Below the pieces are notes generated by a model, which worked only from the letters and a program-made list of their open reading frames with translations, was not told the DNA's origin and searched no databases. A stretch of 47,648 nucleotides of DNA, from contig JAUCBJ010007670.1 of NCBI GenBank assembly GCA_032718475.1, forward strand, positions 1 to 47,648, given 5' to 3'. The position numbers and the translations under genes were made by a program. Of the stretch, positions 25,601 through 36,380 are shown in pieces; the first letter of the stretch is position 1; every line of letters starts with the position of its first letter. This DNA is from Nemertoderma westbladi. Lineage: Eukaryota; Animalia; Xenacoelomorpha.

Positions 25601-28600
25601 TCCACTCCCCAGCAGTACTGACAGTAACATTCCTCTTCTAGGTGGCCGGAACACATCTCCGTGTACCAACTTCCAACCGTACTCCTCTATGGCGTCGTCT
25701 CCAGTCTCCTGATTGTACTTGGCGATATCCCGATGGAGAGTTCTCAACAAAATCATGGAGAGCATACCGGCGAGGAAAAGAACGATGACAAGGGAGTTGA
25801 TTATAGAGAACCATTGGATGTTGGAGTGGGGCATCGATTCGAGAATATAATCCCAGCGGGAAGCCCAAGTTATCTTAAAACCAATCAATTACTAATATTA
25901 AATACAAATAATTATAAAAATGGGAAATGTTTAAGTTTAATACATCATTTATTATTTTAAGAAATATTTTTACCCATACATTTTTTTACATTTATCCCCC
26001 AACATGAGAGCATTTTGTACATTACATGTGCACCATCATCCTTAATATTCGATTATAAAACTCTCCATTTCATTTCTTCATTACGAGTAATTTAATTCAT
26101 ATTTTAGAATTGAGTAAAGAATATTGTTGTAGCTAATTAATACGTAATTCAGTGACCCCCCCCCCCTCCCCCTCCCCCAATTTTTCTACATATCTTGGAT
26201 GAGATTGCGTGAAATTTATAGATATTCGTTGATCTTGATGCCATTGGAAAGATAACGTTGCAACGATTCAAAATATGTAAAAATATTTCAAATTGGTTGG
26301 GAAATAGCTGAGATATGGGCGTTCGAAAGTTGCTTGTATTTGCTACCGCGCTGCAGGCCATTTATTATATTTAATATATACACCATGTTCTATAACAGTT
26401 TGTTTATGTTTGAAAATCCATGTATTCGTATTGCATGTACTAGTGTTATTATTAGAGGCATTGCACTGTTGCCCAGCTACTTATGAGATAAACAAACTAT
26501 TCTAGAACAAGGTGTATTTATTAAATAGAATAAATGGCCTGCAGCGCGGTAGCAAATACAAGGAACCTCCGAACGCCCATATCTCAGCTATTTCCCAACC
26601 AATTTGAAATATTTTTACATATTTTGAATCGTTGTAACGTTATCTTTCCAATGGCATCAACGAATATCTATAAAACTGAGATATAACTGCAGTACGACTG
26701 ACGCAATATCGATGGAGACACGTTTTTAAACGCTTTTAGCTATAGATTGAGGGCGAAAATAAAAATTCTGGCTCGCCCAGTCAGTGGTCGGGAGGTGAAA
26801 CTAACTCTGTTTAAAATTTCATGCAATCTCATCACGATTTGTAGAAAAATTTGGGAGGGGGGGGGGGGGGGGGAGGTACCTGAATAACGACACTATATTC
26901 CAGGACATGGTGTACTATACTACTTATGTGAGCGTGAGGTAAAGCATATTAAATACCGTTCGCCTTTATGAAATTGTTGAATCACAACATAATTGTTTAA
27001 TGTTTATGCATTGCTATGCTATTGTGAAATATTATGCAGAATAGCATTAATATATAGCTGTAACAATATATACCGACGGTATAATAAAGCATTAATTATT
27101 ACGCAATTAATTTCATAAGCTTAGGTCGTAAAAAATAATTATTTATTACATGGGAAAAAAGTATAACTTTTTTTTCTTAAGGGTCGAGAGAATATTGAAA
27201 AAAAATGTAAACTATAGTATTTTACTATATTGCTTCCATAGTTAGCTGCGATTCCAATTATTGCACTCTTCAACTCCCGATGCTTCCTTACTCAATGTTA
27301 AATGATTTAGTGTTCACGAATATTTATTACGTAACTAGAGAGCCGCTTAACTACATAAACAAATATTGGATATTGAGTTCCGTTTCGGAGTTCGCCTTAC
27401 AGGCACTAAAGTTGCAATAACATTTGAGTGTGTGAATGGATTTTGCTCAAATTATTTACAAACCTTTTGTACTGCGATGGTCTTCAACATATGTAATAAC
27501 ATTTAAGAAATTCCACCAAAAATATTTTATTTTACTTTATTTCGCCGGGAAGAAAGTAAAATCAATACAATCCTATGGGTTAGGCCTACTTTTTTTCCCT
27601 AGGGAAAAATGTGAAACGTTTTCTCCCGAATTTGGTGTAAATTCGGGAGAAAAAGTAATAATTTAAGAATAAAAGTTTATTATAACTTTTTTTTACATCT
27701 GAAGATTTCTTACCGGCACCTAGCTGGTGCACGGCACCAACAGCACATAACGATAGGTGCACTAACGGCACCTAGCTGGTGCACGGGCACCAACAGCACA
27801 TAACGATAGGTGCCCTAACGGCACCTAGCTGGTGCACGGGCACCAACAGCACATAACGATAGGTGCCCTAACGGCACCTAGCAGGTGCACGGGCACCAAC
27901 AGCACATAACGATAGGTGCCCTAACGGCACCTAGCTGGTGCACGGGCACCAACAGCACATAACGATAGGTGCCCTAACGGCACCTAGCTGGTGCACGGGC
28001 ACCAACAGCACATAAAGATAGGTGCACTAACGGCACCTAGCTGGTGCACGGGCACCAACAGCACATAACGATGGGTGCACTAACGGCACCTAGCTGGTGC
28101 ACGGGCACCAACAGCACATAACGATAGGTGCACTAACGGCACCTAGCTGGTGCACGGGCACCAACAGCACATAACGATAGGTGCCCTAACGGCACCTAGC
28201 TGGTGCACGGGCACCAACAGCACATAACGATAGGTGCACTAACGGCACCTAGCTGGTGCACGGGCACCAACAGCACATAACGATAGGTGCACTAACGGCA
28301 CCTAAAGATATGTGCACCAACGGCACCCAACGTAACGTGCACCAACGGCACCTAACGATATGTGCATCAGCAACACCTAACGATATGTGCGCCTCTATTA
28401 TATATATCTAATTCGCAAAAGGTGCAGCTGCTTGCGCATGCGCAATAATAGTCTCCCATGCCGCCATTCAGTTGCACGGGGTAGGTGTAAAACGCGGATC
28501 CGGATTCCAAAATTATCAATTAAGGGAAAGGAGCAGGTTACAGTGGCACGTTATTTTAACCAAAACAATAAACTAAAGTCAATAGAACAGGTTATAGTTT

Positions 28601-31600
28601 TATTTTTGGGAGTTATAAAAATGTAAAAATATCGACTTCCGTAGGGACAATGTTAAATGTAGAATCCGGATCCGGATCCGCGTTTTACTCTGACCCAGAT
28701 GCACGCAGTATATATGTTACACACATAATTCTCTGTAATTACGGCATTTAAATTAAATGTATTCTTCTGTACTGTGTTACTGCATGAGTCCTTTCTGAAC
28801 CCAGCTGATACTGTAATGATGATAAAACGGTATGGGGCTAGCTGCCGCAGTGGGGCGGCTGTGGACATATTAAAATCAGCAGTAAACAGCAACGCATAGT
28901 GGACTGAAGGGCCAATAAAAGGAATTGGCCCTTCAAATTCGTAATTTCGTGTTTTTACTCATAAAAAAATCTGTCAATACTTCCCGGCATTCACTGTTTA
29001 TTTGTAAGAAGAAATAGTGATAAAGTAGAATGGGGGAGTTCATGATAGAGTTGCCCCCAACTAGTTCAGATGGTTTGTTAAGACAGAGTCGATGACTTGC
29101 GTATTTCGATGTTAACTCTTAAACTGGTGAGGATTTTTCTAAAAAGCCATCTCCACTCCACTTGGTGAAAACTCAAATATGAGTTTAATGAGAGGAAGTT
29201 GTACTTGGTGAGAACTTTTCCTTCAATCTATTCTGACTCACACCGTATTTACTCGAATAAGAGCCTGGGCGTTTATGTTTATAAATAGCCAATTGGGGAG
29301 GCGTTTATTCGAGGGGGGCGTTTATTCGGGGAAGCCGTTTAAAGTTCCAAATTGTGTGGTTCGAGTAGGTCACCCCCACTACAAAAATTTGAAGTTAATC
29401 AACTATACATAATACGATGGTATTAAAATGATGGGTGTTAAAACAATCCAGATGACCCAAATTGTTAGAAAAACACACACTGACCCCAATATATTTATGT
29501 AACTTCAAAAAAATTAAAAATGAATATGAAGTAAAAAATATACAATAAATCATATAGAAAATTCATTCAAATATTTTTGCAATTATCAACACCTCATGGG
29601 GAGAAGGAAAAAATAAAATAACCAATTACTGATAGAAAAACTAATGAAGTTACAGTTTGGGAGATTTGGTGACTTCAAATATAAGGTACCATGTTCAATT
29701 GGCGTAAATTCGGGGAGGGCGTTTATTCGAGGGGGGGGGGGGGGGGGGGGGTATTGTAGGGCTCTTATTCGAGTAAATACGGTATGAGTTTCGGCTATGC
29801 AGCTGTCAGGAAGGCATTGAAATCGCTAATTTAACATTTTGAAGTAATTCGCAGTTATTTAAAATAATTTATCTTATTCGTTAAAAATATATACTGTTAA
29901 GATTAGGGATGTCCCGGAATCTATATTTTGATTCCGGCCGGAACCGGTACCGGAATTCAATATGCCGGAACCGGAATTTGTATGTAGTTAGTGAAATATA
30001 CTAAATGACAATTACGCTTTATAATTTTTTGTGAAATATACGTATTTTTTTAATTTCTAAAGCCAAGTTTACTCATGAGATCTAAGGAATTTTAGTGTGA
30101 GAGAGGCAGGAAAACCCCAGAAGCAGGAAAAATTGATAATGGGGGCTGGGGGAGGGGTACTTGTGGGACCTAACCCTATCTGGCCAGGTCTATTTTTACT
30201 AATTGGCCCTGGGTGGGTTGTCATTTTTGGAATTTGTTTAGATCTTGGCTGAAAAAATACAATTTTGTGGTATAAGGGTTTTCGAGGTCGCCGATCACGA
30301 TAAAACTTGTTAAGAATATTTACTGGAAGTGTAAACATTAAATTTTTATCAATTTATGCTACCGGTACTTGTATTTTTCGTGACAAATTGGCACATGTCC
30401 AAAAATGCCACAATGAATCGGATATATATATTATATATTATATGATATGATGGTGTCATATTCATGATCAGCATCCCGGAAAGCCCGTAATGTCATCAAA
30501 TTAGTTTCATTTGGTGACGTGATTTTTCATTATCATATTTGCACTACTTGTTTTTTTCGTGGCCCTGGTTCACATTCAAAATTACTAGAAATTTTCTAGA
30601 ATGTTATATCTGAGTTCAATAATCGTGATCAGCATCCAAAAAAACGCTATATACCGCAAATAAATTTTTAATTTTATCGAACTATTAAAACTTTTGTTTC
30701 GCGCGAAAATTACTGGAGATGAGTGCCAGAATGGGATAACACGAAAACTAACATCTATGATTTTGGCGTTTGCACTGGTGGATAGCCCATTAACTATTAG
30801 GAAAAGTCGCGAAATCTTGGTTTTCCTACAATACCTGGCTTAAAGATACAGTTTACTGAGTTGAGTTACAAAAAAATTTATAAAATGACCACCACAGGCC
30901 AAATAGGGAACGACAAGGAATTCGATTTCATTTTTATCCAAAAACCCACAACCTTGGCCAAAAGTTAGGTTTTGGGCTCATAATACATAAAAACCAACGT
31001 TGACCAAAAATGTATTATGTACCGTATCGCTTTGGTGCAATATCCTGGTGTCGTTAATGAAAAGGAGCAGGTTACAGTGACATGTAATTATGACCAAATC
31101 AATAAACAAAGTCAATATTACATGTTACAATTTAATCTTTGCTGGGAATAAATATATTTCCTTAGTAATAAAACTACTGTGTTACGCAACAACTAACGCT
31201 AATATAATGCCGCAGGACCTAATTAAGTAACATAAAGGACCCCTTTGTAAATAAGCTACAGCTTTAGGGGTAATACGATATGTTGTTGGACAATACCTTA
31301 TAATATTATTGTTTTTACATAATGTGTGGTAATAATTTCACAAACTAATTGTAACTATTAAACTAGTTAGCAAACTGGTAATTCCGGCCGGAATTGACCC
31401 CATTCCGGCAATTCCGACCGGAACCGGAATCTGGCAAAAACTGCCGGAATTCCGGCCGGAACGGAATTCCGGGACATCCCTAGTTAAGATCCAGTTTTTC
31501 TCAACATTTTCAATGAGCAGAAATTCAATTTTACTCTCTGACTGGAAGATTTGAAGAAAGATTTAAAGTACGAGCGAAGCGATTGCTAAAATCCCAAAGA

Positions 31601-33873
31601 GTGCAAAACTCAATACACGATGGCAGAAAATCTTAATTTCGGACTTCTGAAACTATTGAGTGTAATGGAGTTATCTGATATATTTTTATCGGATCTATTA
31701 AGCGTCAAAGTCAAAGATAAATTATATTAATATATAATAATTATATTATGTATTATTTACTTTCATTACATTATTATTATTTTATAAATCGCAAGAAATT
31801 TCTGGATTTACATTTAATTTAATTTTACATTCAATTCTGAAATTTGCATTAATTTTTTTTTAAACTTTATAAATATTAAGAAAAACTCTCACCAAGGAGG
31901 AAAGGCGAAAAAATATAATCTCTACCAAGTCCAGACGTTGGCTAATAAACTCATAAGTTTTCATCAAGTCAACTAATTCTCCTGAAAAAACGTCCACCAA
32001 GAGGGAATCGACTTGCGAGAACTCAAATATGAGTTCTCGCCAAGTCAGATACAACCATTGGAAAAACTCCCACCAAGTGGAATTAGCCCTCCCAAAACTC
32101 ATATATTCACCAGTTCAAGGGTTTACAGTGATAAGAGTGATGGTAGAGCATCTATAAGCGCTAGATATTTCCTTATAAAGGTGTTTCCTATTGAGCTCTA
32201 GAGTAGCATGAAGGCAATTATGTAGCGGGCTGTTGGGTTACTGGTTGTTTGTCATGATCGTTCTAAGGGATGCTTTAAACGGTTTAGTTGCAAAAGAATT
32301 TAATTTCATTAAGTTGTAGATGATCGACTTACTACAGCGTAGGTGACAAGATGCAACTGTTTCCCGATGTTATCTAGGGGCCCATAAATAAATAAATAAT
32401 AAAAAAATAGATTAAAAGTAAATAAATAAATTGATACCTCGAAATTCTTTTCAAACTTGACGCTGTAGGTGTAGCTGACGGTGACGTCATTGGTTGAGGT
32501 AGCGGGAAGGAACAACGGCGGTTGTTGCTCATCGCAATCGCCGGAAGTAGAATGACGCACGGATCGCGGCCAAACCCTGACGGAGACGAGTCGACCGGCC
32601 CCTTCGATCTCCTTGTCGATGGGATGGTAAGCCACGGTGATGTCGACGTGGTTGAACACGTAGTAGCTGTCGGGGGTTGAGTAACGGCCGTCGATAACGC
32701 AGGCCCCCTGTCGCGCGCCGCCAGCGGTTACGTAGCAACCTATAGGGAAGCCCGGGTGGCAGAACTTCTGCGGCGCGGTGGACCCCGCGACTGGGTCAAC
32801 CGCATAGCACCAGGTCACCGGCATGTTGTCTACGATCCAGTGGTGGTGGTAGTTAAGGGCGATGCCCTCCTAGTAATGCAATAATAATATAGGGAATAAA
32901 GCGTGTAAGGAAACAAAGTTAACAATGAATAAAGCCTGGAAGGAAATAAAGTTAACAATGAATAAATCGTTGAAGGAAATAAAGTTAACAAAGTGAATAA
33001 AGCGTGGAAGAAAATATAGTTACCGGTAACAATATATAAAGAGTGGAAGGAAATAAACCGGAAATAAACCTCACAACGAATAAAGCGTGGAAGGAAATAA
33101 AGTTATACATAACATAACAAATTTATATCGACAATTACAAAGGTTTTTGAACAAGATTTCCGGCATATCTGCCTGCATACTGTGTATATCATCAACGACT
33201 CAGCATTCCCCCACAGTCCACAGTAGGCCCGCCTATCTTGGGATCTTATAAAAAAACGCAAAAAAATATAAATCCAGTCCGGTAGGACCAACTTGTAAAT
33301 AGGTAACGGTAAATGTCCTACAAAATTAACTTGAACGGTTCCGGGTAATAAATATCTCAAATACTAGGCCTATATACTTGAACAGAGAGGTCAAGTTACC
33401 GGTACCAATCCATACGTCTAAATAATAAACTCAATATGTTACAGACTGATCGACTAAAACTGACAAACCTTGAGGAATGTTAGGAGATCCTCGCTCGGTT
33501 TATCGCCAGACTTGTAGGATTTGTCGCAGAGCTTGGCGCACTGCTTCTCTGCTTTGAAATTGATTTCGTAAGGGGAGGGGCCGATTCGCTCCCCAAACAC
33601 AACCTGGCCGAGATTCTCGTGGGGGCCGACGGCTTCCGCCTTGGCCTGGCAGAAATCGAAGGCCGAGTATTCGTGGAGAATCAGGGATTCCTGTGAGTCT
33701 AGACGGTTTACCAACAGTTCGATGGGGGCTTTACAGTTGGGATGGGCGGCGGTTTCGGCAGACTCTTTAGGGCAGTAGGCAACAGAGGCGATACCCGGAA
33801 GGTAAAAACCCGAGCAGCTTGATACAATAAAAGAAACAAAAAGTAGAAACTTAACAACATCCATATTGGCCAT
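10455..33873 (-). CDS. TM9SF2: Transmembrane 9 superfamily member 2 (nonaspanin/EMP70), 6 coding exons, 661 aa: join(33873-33469,32869-32438,25873-25595,24839-24584,23940-23789,10916-10455)
   Basis: Signal peptide + [66 protein letters not shown]-terminal KIYSVVKVD; all introns GT-AG with consistent phases; exons sum to 1986 nt. Confidence 0.95.
12430..13700 (+). repeat. 30-bp coding minisatellite in CRE ORF ([10 protein letters not shown], ~40 copies)
   Basis: Unit GGAGTCGGTGAGTCGGTTCCTTCAGTGTCT. Confidence 0.95.
14677..16007 (-). mobile_element. Young 5'-truncated LINE (RTE-X/L2-like RT with C-terminal Cys/His motif) inserted in the CRE ORF
   Basis: Perfect 15-bp TSD AAGGATATTCTAATA (14662-14676, 16008-16022); uninterrupted ORF with [46 protein letters not shown]. 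Confidence 0.92.
16797..17960 (+). repeat. 21-bp C-rich minisatellite inside the CRE RT domain (GSPLQPx, ~55 copies)
   Basis: Unit ~GGTTCCCCCCTCCAACCGGTG; all three plus frames open. Confidence 0.95.
20433..23810 (-). repeat. 32-bp satellite (~105 copies) made of the TM9SF2 exon 5/intron 5 junction
   Basis: Gene-strand unit GACCAATCAGATACCTCGCCAG|GTAAGTTAAC; the first copy overlaps the last 22 nt of exon 5. Confidence 0.97.
23789..23940 (-). CDS. TM9SF2: TM9SF2 coding exon 5 (not in ORF track)
   Basis: CAG|GT TCT TCG...: (G)[50 protein letters not shown]|GTAAAT. Confidence 0.92.
24167..24562. mobile_element. MITE with TAGTGTTTAAA TIRs and CGGGAT subterminal repeats (hAT- or Academ-like)
   Basis: TAGTGTTTAAA...TTTAAACACTA; only a 4-bp AATA flanking duplication is visible. 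Confidence 0.6.
24584..24839 (-). CDS. TM9SF2: TM9SF2 coding exon 4
   Basis: CAG|IITMVMV...LWVI-G|GTTAGT (phase 1). Confidence 0.92.
24891..25603 (-). repeat. 31-bp minisatellite (~23 copies) made of the TM9SF2 exon 3/intron 3 junction
   Basis: Gene-strand unit GGAGTGCAG|GTAGGTTGGTCTGTGTGGTAGA; the first copy overlaps the last 9 nt of exon 3. Confidence 0.97.
25595..25873 (-). CDS. TM9SF2: TM9SF2 coding exon 3
   Basis: AAG|ITWASRWDY...GSGVQ|GTAGGT. Confidence 0.92.
26143..26889. mobile_element. Foldback (long inverted repeat) with central TA|CACC...GGTG|TA mini-element at 26381-26514
   Basis: ~26215-26407 is a near reverse complement of ~26488-26674; poly-C/poly-G outer arms; shares the AGCTGAGATAT..GGCG motif with the arms at 11104/20247. 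Confidence 0.8.
27714..28390. repeat. 53-bp tandem repeat (~11 copies plus degenerate tail), preceded by three hairpins
   Basis: Unit CGGCACCTAGCTGGTGCACGGGCACCAACAGCACATAACGATAGGTGCACTAA. Confidence 0.95.
28479..28696. mobile_element. Mutator-like MITE
   Basis: TIRs GGGT..GTAAAACGCGGATCCGGAT; 9-bp TSD AGTTGCACG/AGATGCACG (1 mismatch). Confidence 0.75.
29243..29782. mobile_element. Tc1/mariner (Tc2/pogo-like) MITE
   Basis: TIR CCGTATTTACTCGAATAAGAGCC / GGCTCTTATTCGAGTAAATACGG; flanks CA and TA. Confidence 0.8.
29904..31482. mobile_element. Non-autonomous hAT element
   Basis: TIR TAGGGATGTCCCGGAAT (Ac-like TAGGGATG start); perfect 8-bp TSD GTTAAGAT; CCGGAA subterminal repeats. Confidence 0.9.
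32438..32869 (-). CDS. TM9SF2: TM9SF2 coding exon 2
   Basis: TAG|[17 protein letters not shown]...KNFE|GTATCA. Confidence 0.9.
32895..33104 (-). repeat. Degenerate ~33-bp tandem repeat (~6 copies) next to the exon 2 acceptor
   Basis: Gene-strand unit ~GTTAACTTTATTTCCTTCCACGCTTTATTCATT. Confidence 0.8.
33469..33873 (-). CDS. TM9SF2: TM9SF2 coding exon 1
   Basis: MANMDV...TFLK then donor AAG|GTTTGT. Confidence 0.9.
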
Positions 33874-34074
33874 AGTCCTGTAGCATTTAAGCTTAAGGTA
33901 TCTATCAGTCTATTCTAGTATTCTGAGAGTCCAGAAGTCTGACTGTCTGAAAGTGATGATAGCAGGATAGGCCTGCCTAGTTACACGCTAGTACAGTAGT
34001 GTAGTAGTACAATACAATAGCTGAATAGTGCAGTACAGTCTGACAGTCGGGGGAAGTTATATTTTCAACTGAGT

Positions 34075-34270
34075 TGAAATTTCAACTTTATTTTTTAAAA
34101 TTCAACTTTTTATTAAAATTCAACTTTTGGAGTAGGCCCAGGCCAGGCCTACCGGTAGGGTTTAAAATTCAACTTTTGGAGTAGGCCTAGGCCTACCGGT
34201 GGCCGGTGGGTTTAAAATTCAACTTTTTTTAAATTAAACTTTTGAAGTAGGCGTAGGCCTAGCTGCCTAG
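34075..34270. repeat. Short repeats in the presumed TM9SF2 promoter/5' region
   Basis: AAATTCAACTTTT about 5 times, interleaved with GTAGGCC(TA) and ACCGGT palindromes, 200-400 bp upstream of the ATG. Confidence 0.7.
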
Positions 34271-34377
34271 GTTTGGAAATACTGAAATTTGAATCCAATA
34301 GGCCCTGGTATTCCATTGTACTTGGTATCCTACTGGGTGTTCCATAATGATTGCCCCCCCCCCCCCCCCCCCCCCCG

Positions 34378-34838
34378 TATATAGAGTACCGTATTGTTGT
34401 TGCATAGATATTATCTTAGTTAGAACTTTGTTTTATATTTCAATTTTAGGTTTGTAATTTGTATCCGATTTACAGTTTTCTATTTTCGTTTCCACACCAA
34501 CTAATTAGATATGTATTGTTTAGGATTATTCCTCTATAATTAAAAGTGCACTTATATAATTATTGCAGTATAATGCAGTATAATCGTAACTACAGTAGGT
34601 TGGTTGTTTTATAATTGCAATTACTTACGCTTGATTACTATGTGCTATGATACTCGATCGTACAGTAGATTTGTCGGTTATTTGTTTTTGTAATGCGTTT
34701 CTTAGTGCAGCTACAATTGTTGAGTGCTAACGGTGGCTGGTGTAATGGGCCTACCCGTCCAACCACCGTCTACATTCTACATTGTATGTAGAAATGTAGT
34801 AAATTGTTCAGAAATAAATAAAAAAAATAAAAATAAAA
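34378..34838 (+). mobile_element. Probable LINE 3' UTR remnant
   Basis: Stem ACGGTGG...CCACCGT followed by AATAAA and an A-rich tail; left edge uncertain. Confidence 0.45.
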
Positions 34839-35171
34839 GTAAACATCTCTGATCCTGATCCTGTCAACCCAGCAACCATACGTCTTTCTTCACAGTCATC
34901 GAAGATTGCACTGGAACTTGTCATTTTAATTACTTCTGTTAGGCAGTTAGGCCTAATTCAAGTAAAACTACCAAATAAGCTTTCTTATACCCAAACTATT
35001 AAACATTAAACAAATAAACACTAATACCGGTAACTGAATAGGCCTACTGTTGTAATATAGTACCGGTAATATAGGCTATTGCATGCAATACAGCCAGACA
35101 GCAAAAGTCAGGCAGTAATACTGTAATAACCAGATAACTGTTTAAACAGGGTTGCAAATCTGATGACTAAC

Positions 35172-35851
35172 CAGGTGCCAGGCTGCAAACCACCACTCTG
35201 CCACTGAACCGCGCACAACAGCACAACGACTGTATAGTGTATATGCAATGTTGGACAATGTACCGCGCATGCACCGAAAAAACGCGCACACCAGATTTTA
35301 ACAATGACAATGTAAACGAAAAACATACGCGAGCGAAGCGAGCAAAACTTTTATCATTAACATTGCAAAATGAAAAAGAAACGCGAGCAAAACTCAAAGT
35401 GAGCGAAATTTTTTCATTCTAACAGTGCAAAATGAAAGAGAAACGCGAGCAAAACTCAAAGTGAGCGAAATTTTCTTCATTCTAACAGTGCAAAATGAAA
35501 AAGAAATGTGACAATGTGAGCAAAACTCAAAGTGAGCGAAATTTTTTCATTCTAACAGTGCAAAATGTAAAGAAACGCGAGCGAAGCGAGCGAAATTTTT
35601 TGTGGCAAATTATTTTTCTCAATTTGAATGCATGTAAACTTTTTTACACCTCATCCACCTGCAGACCTGTACCTGTACCTGTACGCGCACTTTACAACTT
35701 TTGATCTTTTCCACAGATTACTGCGCACTTTTGTTGTCTTTCACATAATTTTGCGCACTTTTATTTCAATTCCGCGCGCTTTTACCGCGCACTATTTCAA
35801 ATACGCGCACAACGCGTTGCGATTTTTGCACTTCATTTGCAGCCTAGCCTG
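35172..35851. mobile_element. Non-autonomous DNA transposon with internal ~62-bp tandem repeats
   Basis: CAGG..AGGCTGCAAA / TTTGCAGCCT..CCTG termini; direct repeat GATGACTAAC at 35162-35171 and 35852-35861; GCGAGCAAAACTCAAAGTGAGCGAAATTTT repeats. Confidence 0.8.
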
Positions 35852-36380
35852 GATGACTAACGCTGGATAAATTATATATTTTTTTAATTGCAGAATTGTG
35901 TTGTGATTAGGCTAAATCACAAATATTGGAAAGTAAGATAGGTTTAAACTGTTAAAGAATTGCCTATAAAATTTTTATACTTTCGTATTGGACCCTAAAC
36001 TTTTGCATGCAACTGTCTGACTGTGCAAGCTCATAACAGCATAATTAAATTATCTTTTGAATGATATATTACACTAAAGTACATGTCTGGCACTGGCAGT
36101 TTTGGTTGGCCAGGGGGGGGGGGGGGGGGGCAATCATTATGGAACACCCGGTATAATAATTAGCTAACTGCTATTCTATGACTACAGCGGTAATTTAATA
36201 CATCAAAACGGAAAGTTAAATCTGGTATATTCGCTCTTAAGATAAATGGCAAAATTATTATCGATTATGTAACGAGAGCAAATATATTTTCTGGCATTTT
36301 TTCAGAAAATTTCACAAAAGATAATCATACAGTGCCTTCCTTTCCCAGAAGAGTTCCACATAATGTTAATAAATGTACTA

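Larger units (their letters stand above)
29116..32121. mobile_element. Degenerate piggyBac-like non-autonomous element hosting nested insertions
   Basis: TTAA|CTCTTAAACTGGTGA ... TCACCAGTTCAAGGG|TTTA; inverted subterminal CTTGGTGA/CACCAAG repeats at both ends. Confidence 0.55.
34333..36151. mobile_element. Non-autonomous Tc1/mariner element with nested insertions
   Basis: TA|CTGGGTGTTCCATAATGATTGC(C)n ... (G)nCAATCATTATGGAACACCCGG|TA. Confidence 0.85.

Noticed and set aside
20433-28390. Tandem arrays as CRISPR-like loci
   Set aside because: Head-to-tail units with no unique spacers, no cas genes, eukaryotic intron context.
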